This document shows, piece after piece, positions 38,256 to 54,619 of a stretch of DNA of 64,000 bases (the stretch's first letter is position 1; every line of letters starts with the position of its first letter). The DNA is from the human T2T-CHM13v2.0 reference genome, Homo sapiens. A program made the translations under genes and the position numbers. Below the pieces are notes generated by a model. That model did not search any database. It saw only the letters and a program-made list of their open reading frames with translations, and was not told the DNA's origin. The stretch lies in the NCBI RefSeq assembly GCF_009914755.1, contig NC_060943.1, one strand, 5' to 3'.

Positions 38256-39799
38256 AGCTTCTGGAAATAAGCCCGTGGGTCCTCAGGGCAGGTGCTGAGC
38301 ACATGTGTGCTGGACATGCTGCAGATCAGGCAGGGGGACCAGGGGAAAGACTCTTCCAAGCCCCACCACTGCCACCTTCCACAGTGCCCTGCTTTTGCCC
38401 TCGAAGCTCGCTGAAGGGGACCCATCTCTGCAAGCCCACAGCCCTACCTGCAGCATCCACAGCCTCAGAGAGCAGCGGGGCCCCTTACCCCTGAACCCCC
38501 TCCAAGAGCATCAGGACAACAAGCCTTGAGCTGTGGAGACAAGAGAATCAGTATCCCTGGCCCAGGGAGGATTCCAGGAGAGGACACGGGCAGGAGCCCT
38601 GGCCCAGAGCCAGAACCAAGAGTCCAGCCAGGTATGGAAATGGTCCAGTCCTGGCATGGAGTGGATGGCCTGGGGCCATCCATCTCACCCACTGTGGAGA
38701 CAGGCCCCCGAGTGAGGTGGCAAGGGGGCCAGGTGACAGCAAAGGCCTCTCCCATCTGAATTCTGAATCAGGGGCCGCATCCCAGCCGGCACAGCCCTGG
38801 GGTGAGAGAGAGAGGCAGGAAGCCTTGAGCCAGCCCAAACCCTCGGGGCTGTCTTAGGAGCAACCTGAGGTGCCCCAACAGCTCCCCCGCCCAAGCGCAC
38901 ACAAAACTGTCACTCCAGGATCAGCTACCTGCAGGAGAGTCCGCAGCATCGGACTCAGGGAGCCACACAGGGACCGCAGGGACTCCAAAGACCCGGGTCT
39001 GGGGGGCCCGGCCCTGTGAGGACCTAATGGGCTCAGTTGGAGAAGCGGACGCCACACATCTGCTTTCCTTTCAGCGAAACTGGAACTAGGGTCCCCGGCA
39101 CCCAGGACTCTGCGAGCATCCCCCAACAGCAAGCCCTTCTGCAAGGGAGACGGGTTGGCCCACCCCAGGCTGTCCAGCTCCAGCAGCCTTGCAGGCAGCC
39201 TCTCCAGAAAAAGAGCCTGGTCCTCCCCACCCTGCTCCCCACAGGCTGTCCCTGACCCTGAGGCCCAGAGGCACAAGAGGACTTCTGTAGAGCCCAGGGG
39301 AGCAGGCTGTTCTCTTGGGGCCCCAGCGGGCTCAAGGTGTGGCCAGGCTGTCCCCAACTCAGGATAGATCATAGGCTGTCCTGCGTACCTCCTCTGGAAC
39401 TCCCTGCCCAAGCTCTGCCATGGACCTGGACGTCAGGGGCCTGTGGTTTAACTTTGAATAGGGATTCTGGACCTTACACGTGTGCCCTGGACAGCCCCAG
39501 AACCATGGGGTGGGGACCGACCCAGCAAGCCCACCGGGGCCCTGAAACTCGGCCCTGCCGGACACTGTGATAATAACCAAGAGGCAAGTCCAGAGACATC
39601 CACTTTGCCCAATGGCACCTGCATCCAACTTCTCAGCAGGCAGTGACTGGCATGGTGTGGGGGCAGCCGGGGCAGCACCTGGCCAGCACCTGGCCAGCAC
39701 CTGGCCAGCTGCCCTGTAGCCCCCGATGGCTCCAGTGCCTCTGGACCTCATTTTCTACTTTCTACGGGGAAACCTACTCCCTCAGAGGCCACCAGAGGG

Positions 39800-41730
39800 A
39801 AGAGTGAGCAAGGCGTTCCTGCAGTCCCGACCAGCCAGCGGCATGTCCTGTGGCCTCTGACTCAACCTATGAGACAGAGCTCTGATCCCAGGGCACACTT
39901 CCCAGGACACGGGGCCCAGCCTCAACCAGAGCCCTGTGAAGGGAGGGGCACCAGGATGACCACATGGGGGACCATGGCGCTGCACACCTGGGCACTGTAC
40001 TTCTCATTGGAGAATCCAGGCAAGATCTTGAAGCAGGTGCATGAGGTCCTGAGCCTGTGCAGCAAACAGCACTCATCCGGGGTTGGCACGAAGGGGTCTA
40101 CAGAGCCACGGCCACCGCAGCCTCTTCCCGGCCCCATCTGTGCAGTGCAAGTGATCCACGCCTGCTCCTAAACCCAGCCAAGCAAGCAGCAGCAGCCCGG
40201 GCCCCCCAGCCCGCCAGGCCAATGTGCTGCCCAGAGGCTTTGAGGCCCTGCCCGCTGTACCTCCCACCACCTAGAAGCTGCCTCCTGACGCCTTCCAGCC
40301 ACTGCTGCAGCCGCAACAGGTGTCGCGGCCAGTGCAGGCTTTCCAGACGGTGGCGGCGCCCAGCAGCCGTTGCCTCAGCTCTTTGGTGGCAGCCAGGCCA
40401 ACAAGGGCAGCAACGATGACTAGGATGATGAGTGAGCAAACAGCTCCACACTGGTGGACAGGCTGGGTGCGCACCCGGTGGTCCTCAAAGGCTCGCTGGG
40501 CCTGTACCACCGTTATAAATTTGAGATCATGAGATTATACCGTTTGCCTTCTTGTTTTTTGAAGTACGAGTATTTTTATGCACACTTTGTAGACTTCAAA
40601 ATCCATGAAGAGTCTCAAAGAACCCGGATGGATGGAGCCTGCTGCGGATGCCTTTTACTCTCGTAGATCAGGGTGATTTACATTCCACCTGTAGTCTGCT
40701 TGCAAACACACAGAGCAGCCTTGCAGCTTTGTGCCTTTAGACTCTTGGTTTTGCATTTCTCCCTGCTCCCTTCTTCCTTCCAGTAAGCTGCAACTTTTCT
40801 GATTGAAAGGGTGCAAGGCTAACACACGGAATGACTAACTCAGGATCACATACTGGCAGTGGGAGAGGCAGGAGGAGCAGCTGCCATCAATTGCCAGGGC
40901 CAAGTGGATGATAGGATGGATGCTGGTGCATGCGGAGGAGGCAGACGCAACGCTCATCTCTAATAATGATGTCTGTTCCCTCAGAGGCGGCTAGAGCATC
41001 ACCTCTTCACGCAAGTGTCTTGAAACTCAGCTTGAAGATTTCAGCAAATGTGTCTTACAGAGAAGAGAAGAGGGAGTCAGCCCATCGGGATTAAAAATAT
41101 AGAGGCAGTGACAACACACACTCGGCTTCAGTTCTTAGGAGAGTTTTGGTTTTGATTTTTTTTTTTTTTTTGGAGAAGATTTTTTTTTTAATGGATCTAC
41201 ACTGTTAACTGAGACTCTGTTGAGATTCACTGGTTTACTTAAAAACTTCTCAGGGATGTCTGTAAATTTCAGTGTTATATGTCATGAAAACTGGTGTGGG
41301 CAGATCTGTTGGTTGAAATAATTTCTACTGTTTCAAATACTGAAGGCAGGAATAATTGGTTTATACTGTGTTTTAAATAGAAGTATTACTGGTAAGTCCC
41401 CCAGGACATTAAACCTTAAAAATCAGTTTTAAGCTATTATTATTGTAAGAGAAATACAAATGGCTGGAAAATGCCACAGAGATTCAAAAGCTGCTTAATT
41501 GAAAGAGCAGGAAGGGATTCTGGCTTGCAATGCCAAAGTTTCAATGTTTTTGTAGTTACTGAGCTAAATCATATGGTAATTGACAGTTTCTAAATCTGTC
41601 ACCTAAAGGTTAAATTATCTACTGTTGCCGTGAAGTCAAACTTACTGCTGCCTCAGAAATCCCTGGGTACCGCGATGGTCATACAGAAGTAAGGAAGTCA
41701 ATTTGAAATGTCAGTGAGTCAAAATGATTA
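39800..41730 (+). pseudogene. SNX18 processed pseudogene, copy A: 5' UTR, SH3 and low-complexity region (ATG 39974 to about 40509), then an internal deletion joining to probable SNX18 3' UTR
   Basis: [32 protein letters not shown] resembles SNX18 [49 protein letters not shown] and DD*DDE motifs. The 3' UTR assignment for 40510-41730 is less certain. Confidence 0.85.
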
Positions 41731-41733
41731 AAG

Positions 41734-43169
<1,436 letters not shown>

Positions 43170-43635
43170 CTACAAAGTTGGGGGCGATGGGGGGGACCAG
43201 GGCTGCCAGTACCAATGCCTTCATCCCTTTGAAGGCCTCCCTCTCAGAAGCAAGGACCCCCTCCTTGGCCTCAAGTCCCCGCCCTCGTTGGTTAAAACAC
43301 AAATCACTTCTCTGTCGTTATGACCTGCCTGTTTTTGACTGAAATGGTCATACAGAAGGAAGTCAGTTTGAAATATTGGTGAGTCAAAATGATTAAATAG
43401 GCCGAGCGCAGTGTCTCACGCTTATAATCCCAGCACTTTGGGAGGCTAAGGCGGGTGGATCACTTAAGCCCAAAGCTCTCTGCAGGAAGCCCCGGACACC
43501 CTGGGGCAGGCGGGAGGAGAGGGCAGCACAACCCAGGCTCCACCCAGCTTCTCTCAGCTTCCACCTCCCAAAGGCCACAGAGGAGCCTGGGACAGGAGCA
43601 GAGGGCGGGGGTTCCAGTGACTTCTGGAACATTCA

Positions 43636-45024
<1,389 letters not shown>

Positions 45025-45444
45025 TCTGGGGACAGTCCTCATGTGTTCCTAAGCTCAGCCTCGAGGGTCCTGGGCTGGTCACCTCACCGCATCTGCACTG
45101 TGTCTCTAGATCCAGACTCCACGGGAAGGGCTTGGGATGCCTAGCACAAAGGATGCCTGGTGTGACAAACATCCCTCCATTCCCTGGACTGCAGCTCAGC
45201 AAAAGGTCCAGGTGGTGCCATGCCAATTTACTGTCCCTTTGAGATGAGCCCATAGGGCCTTGTGGGGGGCGAGTGTGAAGCTGGGCGCCTGGAGCCTAAG
45301 GCCAGCTGTCCCTCCCTGTGTCCTGGAGGAGGGGCCCTGTCCCAAAAAGACCCTCAGGGGCCTGGCCTGTGAGTGCAGATGTGGGGAGGGGAGAGTCTGT
45401 GGGCTGAGTGGGGGCCACAGGAACGGACTTTGAGCACCATGGCT

Positions 45445-48385
45445 GAGGGGCCTGGTCAGTGGGAACCTGGACATTGTGGCCTGGTCAGCCGAGGCCTGGT
45501 CTGGTCAGTGGGGACCTGGACCTTGTGGCTTGGTCAACAGGGGCCTTGTCAGTGGGACCTGGACATTGTGGCCTGGTCAGTGGGGGCCTTGTCAGTGGGA
45601 CCTGGACATTGTGGCCTGGTCAGCGGGGGTCTGATCAGTGGGAACCTGGACATTGTGGCCTGGTCAGCTGAGGCCTGGTCAGTGGGTACCTCGACCTTAT
45701 GGCTTGATCAACAGGGGCCTTGTCAGTGGGACCTGGACATTGTGGCCTGCTCAGCGGGGCCTGATCAGTAGGACCTGGACATTGTGGCCTGGTCAGCGGG
45801 GGCCTTGTCAGTGGGACCTGAACATTGTGGTCTGGTCAGTGGGGGCCTGATCTGTGGGACCTGGACATTGTGGCCTGCTCAGCGGGGCCTGATCAATGGG
45901 ACCTAAACAATGTGTCCTAGTCAATGGGGGCCCGGTCAGCGGAGGCTTTGTGAATGGGGACACGGTCCTTGGGGACATAGTCAGAAAACACCTAGTAAAT
46001 GGGGGTGTTGTCAGCAGGGACCTGCTCGGTGAGGATCTGGTCTGTGGGAGGCCTGGTCAGCTGTGGCCTGGTCAGAGGGGACTGATCATGGGTCCTCGAG
46101 TTAAGGACTTAGTCACTTGGCACCTCATCAGTGAGGACCTGGTCAGTGGGCGCCTGGTCAGCGGAAGCTGGGTCAGTGTGATCTGATTATTGGGGGTCTG
46201 GTCTATGGGGACCTAGTCATTGGAAACCTGGCCACTGGAGCCTGTTCAATAGAAAGGTGGTCAGTGGAAGCCTGGCAGTGAGGGCCTGGTCGTTGGGCTC
46301 CTGGGTAGTGGGGCCTAGTCAGTAAAGGTCTATTCAGTAAGGACATGGTCAGTTGGAATTTTCTTAGTTGGGGCCCAGTCAGTGGGGACCTGGTCAGCGA
46401 GGGCCTAGTCAGTGGGACTTGGTCAGTAGGGACCTGGGCACTGGAGTCCTGGGTAGTGGGGCCTAGTCAGTAAAGGTCTGGTCATTCAGGGCCTGGTCAG
46501 CCAGAACCTCATCTGTTGGGGCCGTGTCAGTGAGCTCTAGTCAGTGGGGACCTGGCAATGGAAGCCTCATCAGTGGGTCTTGGATAGTGAGGCCTAGTCA
46601 CTGGAGGACTGGTCAGTGGGGACTTGGGTAAGGGGGCCTGGTCCCTAAAGGTCTGGTCATTAAGGACCTGGTCAGTTGGAACCTTGTCACTTTGGGCCCG
46701 GTCAGTGGGACCTGGTCTGAGGGGGTCTTGTCAGTTGGGCCCAAGTCAGTGGGAGTCTCATCAGTGGGGCCTGGCTAGTGGGGCCTGGTCAGTGGAGGTT
46801 TGGTCAGTGGGGTCCTGGTAAGTTGGAGCCTCATCAGTGGGGACCTAGTCAGTGGGGACTTGTCAATGGGACCTGGTCAGGGGACCCTTGTTAGAAGGAG
46901 CCTGGTCAGTGGGGCCTAGGTAGTGAAACCTGGCCACTGGGGGCCTGGAGAGCTGGGGCCTGCTCAGTGGGACCTGGTCAGTGTTGGATGTGGTTAGCGG
47001 GGCCTCATCAACTGGGGCCTGGCCAGTGGGACCTGGTCAATGGGAGCTTGGTCACTGAGGTCCTGGTTTGTGGGGTCTAGTCAGTAAGGGTCTATTCAGA
47101 GAGACTTGGTTAGTAGGGACCTGGTCTTTGAGGCCCTGGAGAGTGGGGCCTATTCAGTAAAGGCCTGGATCACTGGGGTCCTGGTTAGTGAGGCCTAGTC
47201 AGTAAAGGTCTGGTCACTGAGGACCTGGTCAGTCAGAACCTTGTCGGTTAAGGACCTGGTCAGTTGGAACCTTGTCAGTTGGGCCCAGTCACTGGGGGCC
47301 TGGTCAGTAGGGACATGGTTAGTGAGGACCTGGTCAGTGGGGGCCTTGTCAGTTGGGCCAAGTCAGTGGGAGTCCTGGGTAGTGGGGCCTAGTCAGTAAA
47401 GGTCTGGTCATTAAGGACCTGGCCAGTCAGAACCTCGTCAGTTAAGGACCTGGCCAGTCAGAACCTCGTCAGTTAAGGACCTGGCCAGTCAGAAGCTCGT
47501 CAGTTAAGGACCTGGCCAGTCAGAACCTCGTCAGTTAAGGACCTGGCCAGTCAGAACCTCGTCAGTTAAGGACCTGGCCAGTCAGAACCTCGTCAGTTAA
47601 GGACCTGGCCAGTCAGAACCTCGTCAGTTAAGGACCTGGCCAGTCAGAATCTCGTCAGTTAAGGACCTGGCCAGTCAGAACCTCGTCAGTTAAGGACCTG
47701 GCCAGTCAGAATCTCGTCAGTTAAGGACCTGGTCAGTTGGGTCCAGTCAGTGGGGGCCTGGTCAGTGGAGACCTAGGCCATCAGTGGGTCCTGGATAGTG
47801 AGGCCTGGTCATTGGGGTCCTGGGTAAGTAGGGTCTGGTCAGTGAAAGTCTCATTGATGAGGCCTAGTTAGTGGGGTCCAGGCAGTGAGGGCCTCATCAG
47901 GGGGACCTAGTCAGTGAGTCAGTGAGGGCTTGGTGAGTGGGGGCCTCGTCAGTGGGGCCTTGTGCCTGGTGAGTGTGAACCTGGTCTTCAGGGGCCTGGT
48001 CAGCAGGTGACTGATCAGTAGGGGTCAGTGCAGCCCTGGCCAGTGGCTGCCTGATCATTGGACCTAATCCATCGGGGCCTGGCAGAGGTGGGGGAGGGGT
48101 GAGGGGGGGTGGCTGTCAGTGGGGCCTGGTCAGTGACATCCTGGTCAGCAGGCTCCTAGTCAGAGGGAGCCCAATCAATAAACCTGGTCATCGGGGGCCT
48201 GGTCAGTGAAAACTTGGTCGGCAGGGTTGGTCAGTGTGTCCTGGATATTGGGGATTGGTCAATGGGGGACCAGGTCGGTGGAGACCTGGTCATCGGGGCC
48301 CATTTAGTGAGGGCCAGGTCATGGAAGGCCCGGGTGATGGGGCCCTGGTTGCCTGGTCAGTTGGACCTGGTCATCCCAGGACTGA
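45445..48385 (+). repeat. G-rich satellite array 2 (HSAT5-like)
   Basis: cctggtcagtgggg units; 43-bp sub-array 45456-45920; 31-bp sub-array 47411-47736. Confidence 0.9.
47411..47736 (+). repeat. Homogeneous 31-bp minisatellite (ttaaggacctggccagtcagaacctcgtcag) x10.5
   Basis: Ten near-identical head-to-tail units (47411-47720) plus a partial unit. Confidence 0.95.
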
Positions 48386-48554
48386 TCCTCAGGGAACACT
48401 CTGACTTCACCAGGCTCCCCTGACCATGCCAGTCCCTGGCCTGCAGCCAATGGTGTCCTTTGTGTCTCTCCCAGCACAGACCCAGGCCCAGGGGATGCCC
48501 AATGCTGGGAGGAGGCTCAGACAGCAGGAAGGAGAGAAGGAAGGAAGGAACTTC

Positions 48555-50700
48555 CGTAGTACCGATGCCTACAAAATTACAACACGTGGTGCTGTTTCTA
48601 CTCCATCACCATGTTCGCTCTTTATTTCCTATGTAATTCTCTATTCAACCGGCCTCAGTTGAGCACAAAACCATCCTTGTACCACCATGAATAGTTGGCC
48701 ATGGCTCTTTGATAGCAATTTTTGTTCTGCCGTAGAAATTATCCTTGAACCAGAAAAAAAAATCCCCAATTCAACACTCCATTTTTGTGAAGAGCTGGTT
48801 CCGAATTCTGGGTCACTTTTTGGAAAAAATATCTGTTGTGGTAAACAGTGCTGCATCTGTGATCTCAAGTCTCTACTGGAATTGGATAGAGATGGTGAAT
48901 TTCAGCCAGAGCGCCCAAAGAACTCGTGTCCCGCGCTCCTGAACGCCATCAGCCGCCGCACCTCCATCTTCCCTCCTCCCACGAGTCTCCTGCTCCCCGT
49001 GACTCTGGTAAGAGCTCCTCTGTGAACGTGGAGGTGGTCTGGGAAGTTGGCCCAGTGCTCCTGGGACCGCACTAACAGGTCCGAGACGGGGTCCAGGTCC
49101 TGCCTGGGCCAATCCGGGAAGAGCTTGCCAATGGCATCACAGGCACCTCGGGGAAGGGGATGGTTTGGTTCAGGACCACCCAGAGGCCTGCTGGGCCCAC
49201 TCCAAGGCCTGGCTGAGGCCACAGAAGGGCTGGCCGCCTGCTGATGCTCCTTCTTGAAGCCCCTCACCTGCTGGCAGTGAGCTCCATGCCCTGTGGCTGA
49301 GCAGCAGCGCTGTTGTCCACCTTCCTGGGCAAGCATCTGCAGCTATCCATCTTGCTCTCCACCTCCTGCAGGTTGAGGGCAGTGGTGGGGGTAGTGCTCA
49401 GGGTCAGGAAGGAGCTGACCCCCACCATGCCACCCTTCTCACCCTTCCTCTTGCCCTGTTTCCAGGCCTCCTCGCAGTGTTGCTGGGCCACGTCAGGAAG
49501 TGCTGGAGGACGTGGCATTGCACCAACACCAGGCGGCCAGCCGTGTGGCTCATCCCGCAAATCAGGCTCTTCCTGTGCATGGAGATGGAGTCCCTCTGGA
49601 GGCAGCCCGTGGCCCTGTTCTCGGGCAGGTGGAGCATGGAGACGACTGGGAACTTCACTAGACACGCATCCAGCCGGTTCAAGGGCTTGTCGCGCCGTGC
49701 ACCAGCTTGCAGGAGAAGTAGGTCTTTATGTCCTTGAACTTGTTCTACTGAGTGGTGTCGCCAGCGGTGCACTGGGTTCTCCTGCCACTTGGGGCCATGG
49801 GGTAGGGGTTTTCCTGCCACTTGGGGCCATGGGGCCAAGCACCAACAGCACCATGCACACAGCTTGTCCCTGTCTTTCACAGAGCCCAACGCCTCGCCAA
49901 GCACGAAGGCCTCCCTTCCCGACTTGATGAAGGCAGAGTAGCGGTTGAGGTTGCGGCTCACAGTGACCGAGCTCCTGCCCACGTGGGGACCCAGGGAGCC
50001 GTCGAGCTCCAGGTATGCACCTCTGCCCAGTGCACCTGGATCGTTCACCGTCATGGAGCTGCCATCCCACTTGTCGTCCCAGTCATCATCACTGCCCTAG
50101 CTGGCCTAGTTGCCACCAAGGAGCTGCTGAGGCCACGGCTTCAGGGCATCCCTACCGCCTGGAAATCCTGCGCTGGCTGCTGGAAGGCACTCTGTGGTGG
50201 CACCAGCTGCGGCTGCAGTAGCAGCTGGAAAGCACTGAGAGATGGCTTCAAGGAGGCAGGCAGTGCACCGGGCAGGGCCTTGAAACCTCTGGGTGGTACA
50301 ATGGCCATGGCACAGTGGGTCAAGGCACAGGGGCAGCCATGGCGCGCTGGGCCAGTCCAGGGTTGCAGACCACTTGCACTGCAGATATAAGGCCAGGGTT
50401 GCTGAGGCCATGAGCCCCTGCGAGTCAGCCCTTGATGTCCTGCTCACTACACAGGCTCAGCACTTCATGTTCTCATAGATCACTCTCAAATTTTCTGCCA
50501 TCAAGTGGTACAGCAACTGAATCCACAGTGCCATGGGTTCCCTGCGTGGTCATCCTGGCCACTGTGGAGGCACGTGACACCTCTAGTTCCCCTCCCCTCC
50601 CAGGGCTCAGGTTGAGGCCAGGCCCCTCTGGTCCTAGGAAGTGTGCCCTGAGGGTGGGGCTCTGTCCTGCAGGTTGAGTCAGAGGCCGCAAGGCACGCTA
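48555..50700 (-). pseudogene. SNX18 processed pseudogene, copy B: near full-length CDS (50534-48770; SH3-PX-BAR) plus start of 3' UTR
   Basis: [37 protein letters not shown]; [12 protein letters not shown]; [11 protein letters not shown]; [11 protein letters not shown]; ANFPDHLHVHRGALTRV (spliced exon junction, no intron); SQMQHCLPQQIFF. Many frameshifts. Confidence 0.93.
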
Positions 50701-50859
50701 CTGATGGCTAGGGCTGCAGGGGTGCCACACTCACCCCTCTCTGGGGAAGTCTTAGAGTGAACGGCGTTCTCATTAGAGATGACTTCCCAAGGCCCAAGAG
50801 CCATCTAGGGCTGTGGAGCAGCTAGCCGGGTGCTGCCCTAACTCCTTCCACACCGGGCT

Positions 50860-53100
50860 GGTCACTGCCCTCCAAGAGGAGTCGGATGCAGGTGCCATTG
50901 TGTAGAGAAATGTCTCTGGATCTGCCTCTTGGTTATCATGGGGCACAGTAGTTTCTGGTGTCTGGGCTCTGATGAAGCCGTTTAGCCGATCCAGGGCAGA
51001 TGTGGAAGTGACAGGAGCTCAGCATCCCTGTTCAAGGTCATACCACAGGAAACACAAGCCCCCAACGCCAGCCTGCTCCATCGGAAGCTTTGGCATGGAA
51101 TTCCACCAGAGGTACCGCCAGTTCACCCAAGGTCTGTCTTGAGCTAGGGACGGCCTGGCCACACCCTGAGCCCCGGAGGTTCCCAGAGAGCAACCTTCTG
51201 CCCTGGGCGCTGCAGAAACCCCCTTTTCATGCCACTGGGCCTTGGCCTCGGGGACAGCCTGGCCAGGCTAGGGTAAGGGAGGACCAGGCTCCCATTCCAG
51301 AGGAGTCGCCTGCATGTGCTGCTGGAGCTGGGCGGGTGGGCCGGGGAGGGCCAGCCCATCCCCCTTGCAGAGAGGCTCAATGCTGGGAAATACCCGAAGA
51401 GCCCTGGGTGCTGGGGTCCCTCCCTTAAGTTTGCCTGAAGAGAATGCAGATGAACCCAGCCTCTCCACCAAACCCATCAGATGTTGTCGCAGGGCCAGGT
51501 TCTGCACATCTGGGTCTCTGGAGTCCTTGGGGCCCCTCTGTCCTCCACCCTAGCCTGACACAGAGGACACCCCTGCAGGCTGCAGATCCCAGAGCAAGGG
51601 GTGTGTGCAGCTGCCTGGGTATCCCCCCTGGGACAGGTAACACAGGCTTTAGGCTGGCTTATGCCTCGTATCCTCATCCCAGGGCTGTGGGGCCGGGGAT
51701 GCAGCCCTGATTAGGAGCTCAGGTGGGAAGAAGCTCTCACTGTCACCTGGCCCCCTTGCCACCTCACATGGGGGCCTGTCTCAACAGTGGGTGAGATGGC
51801 CCCAGGCACGGGGTCCTCTCCGCTCTCTGGGGCCATCCACTCCATGCCAGGACTGGACCATTCCCACGCCTGGCTGAACTCTTGTTTCTGGCCCTGGGCC
51901 AGAGCTCCTGCCCGTGTCCTCTCCCCGAATCCTCTGGGCCAGAAACACTGATTCTCCTGTTCACCTGGCATCCCTGAAGGCGCGCTGTGGAGTGAGGGGA
52001 CCCTGCTCCTCCCGGCGTCTGTTGATGCTCACAGCGGGGGCAGGGAGCTCGCACAGACCAGAGAGAGTGTAAAAGGTGCAGGGGGCACCCCCGCCTGTCT
52101 TGAGCAGCATGTCCAGTACACGTGCACTCAGCACATCCCCTGAAAACCGGCAGGTCTATTTGTAGAAGTTTCTCTGTGTAGAGGAGGAAGAGGTGTGGGA
52201 GGAAGGTCCAGGTAGTAGGGCTGCAGGGACCCAGGCCCCCTCTACTATCAACTGCCCCAGAGGATGACTCAGGAGGGGACCTGATGCTGGAGCCTCCCTA
52301 GGGGTGGCAGGTCCCAGTGTCTCCTCGTCAGTTCCTTCATGCAGACCCAAAAGTGCGTGAGAACCACATCGTCCTCCAGGGCCCAGGCCTGGGAGAACGT
52401 CTCCTGAACCAATCCTTATAGTCCAGACTGGGACATATTCATGAGGCACTCTAGGGACAAGGGGGTAGCATGGAAGGGGTCGGTGCCCACACCCAGGTTT
52501 CCACCACAGCTACCTCCCACTGGGAGGTTCTGGGTCCTTTTGCAGCCACCCCTGGCTTCCAGCTGTGCACAGGAGGCCATGGCCAGGGGGAGGCCTGGGT
52601 GAGGAGGTGCCCACCACACTCCTGCCTTTGATCTGGGTCTTGTCAAGGTGGGCTCCTTGTCTGGGAGGACTCAGTGTCCTGCTCAGCACAACAGGCCCAG
52701 CCTGGCCCTCCAGACTGAAGCAAAGGGTCATGGGGACAGTGTGAGGGTGCTGTCCCTGGGCCAGTCCAGGTCTGTCCTGGGGAGTGGGGCTGGGGGTCTT
52801 CCTGGCATGTTCCTGGAACAGAGTCACTGTGAGGATGAACAGGATGACTGTCTGCCTGGTCAGCACAGAACGGGCACCCAGTGAGCACTCGAGGATGACC
52901 CTCCTCGGGCAGCTGCCGCCCACCCAGTAGCGACTGTCCCCAAGTCAGCAGGGAGGGAAGAGAGCAGGTCACGCTCTCCTAAGTCTGATCAAGCAGCCGT
53001 GCAGAGATGTGCCTCTCACCTAGAAAAGAGAAAAGCGTCCTTTGGGCAGAACCCACTCACACTGTGTCTCCAACTGCTCTACGACACAGAGCCGGGCAGG
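50860..53100 (-). pseudogene. Second, more deleted TBC1D3-family pseudogene copy: UTR exon about 52980-53090, penultimate exon 52298-52450, terminal exon from 51434
   Basis: Reverse complement aligns to 30980-31230, 37370-37940, 38260-38800 and 39075-39700 (for example CLMNMSQSGL, WALEDDVVLTH, ggaattccatgccaaagcttccgatgga). Confidence 0.85.
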
Positions 53101-53619
53101 TACCTGGGTGTTGGGTAATGGTGACATTGTGGGCTCACGGCACCCATCACAACGGAGCCCTGCATGGGTCAGCAGGGCCCAGAGACGGCATCCTCTGCCC
53201 CTCCTGAACTGTCGACGTGTGCGTGCAATGCGTCTGTGCACTTGAGTGCAGGTGGATATGTGCGGGTGCGTGTGAGCGTGTGTCTCTCCTCCGGCCGGCC
53301 CTGGCTTCCCCAATCACGTGTGCCCCCATGTCCTCATCACTGTCACCCCAGGGCCTGTGGTCAGCATCAGAGCATCCACAGGTGCGCCCCAGCCTCTGCC
53401 TTCAGGCAGGGTGGTCCTGGGGATGCAGGCAGGGCAGGGCAGTGCCGTGGGTGAAACCCCCTCCCTCGGGAGGGACTCAGTGTATACGGTACTAAATCTG
53501 CATAGCAGGGCCATATTCAATGCACTTCTCCTCCTCCCAGTAGCTCTCTGGGGTGCAGTTGATTTCATCTCCCCTACAAATGGAAGAAAGGAGGCTTCTA
53601 GGACAAACCCCCTGCCTGA

Positions 53620-53830
53620 GGTCACCCAGCAGCCAGCTGACCTCGTCCTTACTAAGTCCCCACTAACCAGGCCCCCACTCACCAGGTCCCCACCCACCAG
53701 GTCCTGTTGACTAAGCCGGACTGATCGTGTTCTGTGCTGACCAAGCCCTGCAGACTGGGTCCCACTGATCAGTCCCCCCCAGTGACCAAGCCACCACTGA
53801 CCCGGTCCCCCGTGACCATCTACCCACAGA
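53620..53830 (-). repeat. Short satellite remnant (HSAT5-like), opposite orientation
   Basis: ccccactaaccaggcccccactcaccaggtcccc. Confidence 0.82.
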
Positions 53831-54619
53831 CAAGGGCCCATCTTCTTAAGTCAACCCATCTAAGAAAATGGGTTTGGCCCCAGACCAAAGCCATTTTCTT
53901 AAGTTCCATGGAGCTCACTAGGGTATAAAGCCAAGTGGGGAGAGGCTAAGCTTCAGAATCTGGACGTTTTCAACATTTCCAGGTATTTCCACATTCTTCA
54001 CAGTGATTTCACCAATGTGCTCTCCCACCATTGAGGGTTTCTACCTGCCTCCAAAACTGCTGGTGTTGCCAGACTTTTCATTTATGTTGGGTGTTGGGTT
54101 TGAAATGCCTCATGGTGGCTTCTTGTTCCTCATGACTGGTGAGGTTGGGTGCCCTTGTATTTTAATCCTGTGCCAACTGGGCCCCCCCACCCCCACCCCC
54201 GCCACTTGCTGTCTCTGCTTCGTAAGGAGATCTTCTTGCCCGGTCAACTCCGAGGGATCACAGGTTCAGGGGTGCCCCCAAAATGAGACACTTAGTGTTT
54301 GATGAATGAATGATGATGTTGAGGCCAGGAGTGAGAGGAAGGTCAGCAGGCAGACAGGGCCCATGTGGACAGAAAGGGTTTATTCCAAGTCCAGACATGA
54401 CCAATAGCGATAAAAAGGGGGAACAATTGGAGTAATCCATGGGAGAAGGAGTGAGCCTGAATTTGAAAGATGGAGAGAACTGGACGTGGAGGAGGGGAGG
54501 GAGGAAGGCAGAACAAAGGAAATAAGAAGCTGTTGACCAAAATACATATGTTGTGATTCCATGCATATGATCAAAACGTGATCGTGTAATCATGCACATT
54601 TCTCAAATTCAAATGGACA

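Noticed and set aside
47411-47736. CRISPR-like 31-bp repeats
   Set aside because: No spacers (head-to-tail units), eukaryotic context, no cas genes.
49404-50054. 216-aa ORF as a functional sorting nexin
   Set aside because: Non-ATG start, internal frame switches and a degenerate PX domain; part of a frameshifted retrocopy.
48770-50534. Assignment to SNX33 or SNX9
   Set aside because: Diagnostic residues (ENPG, [24 protein letters not shown]) fit SNX18 as I recall the sequences.
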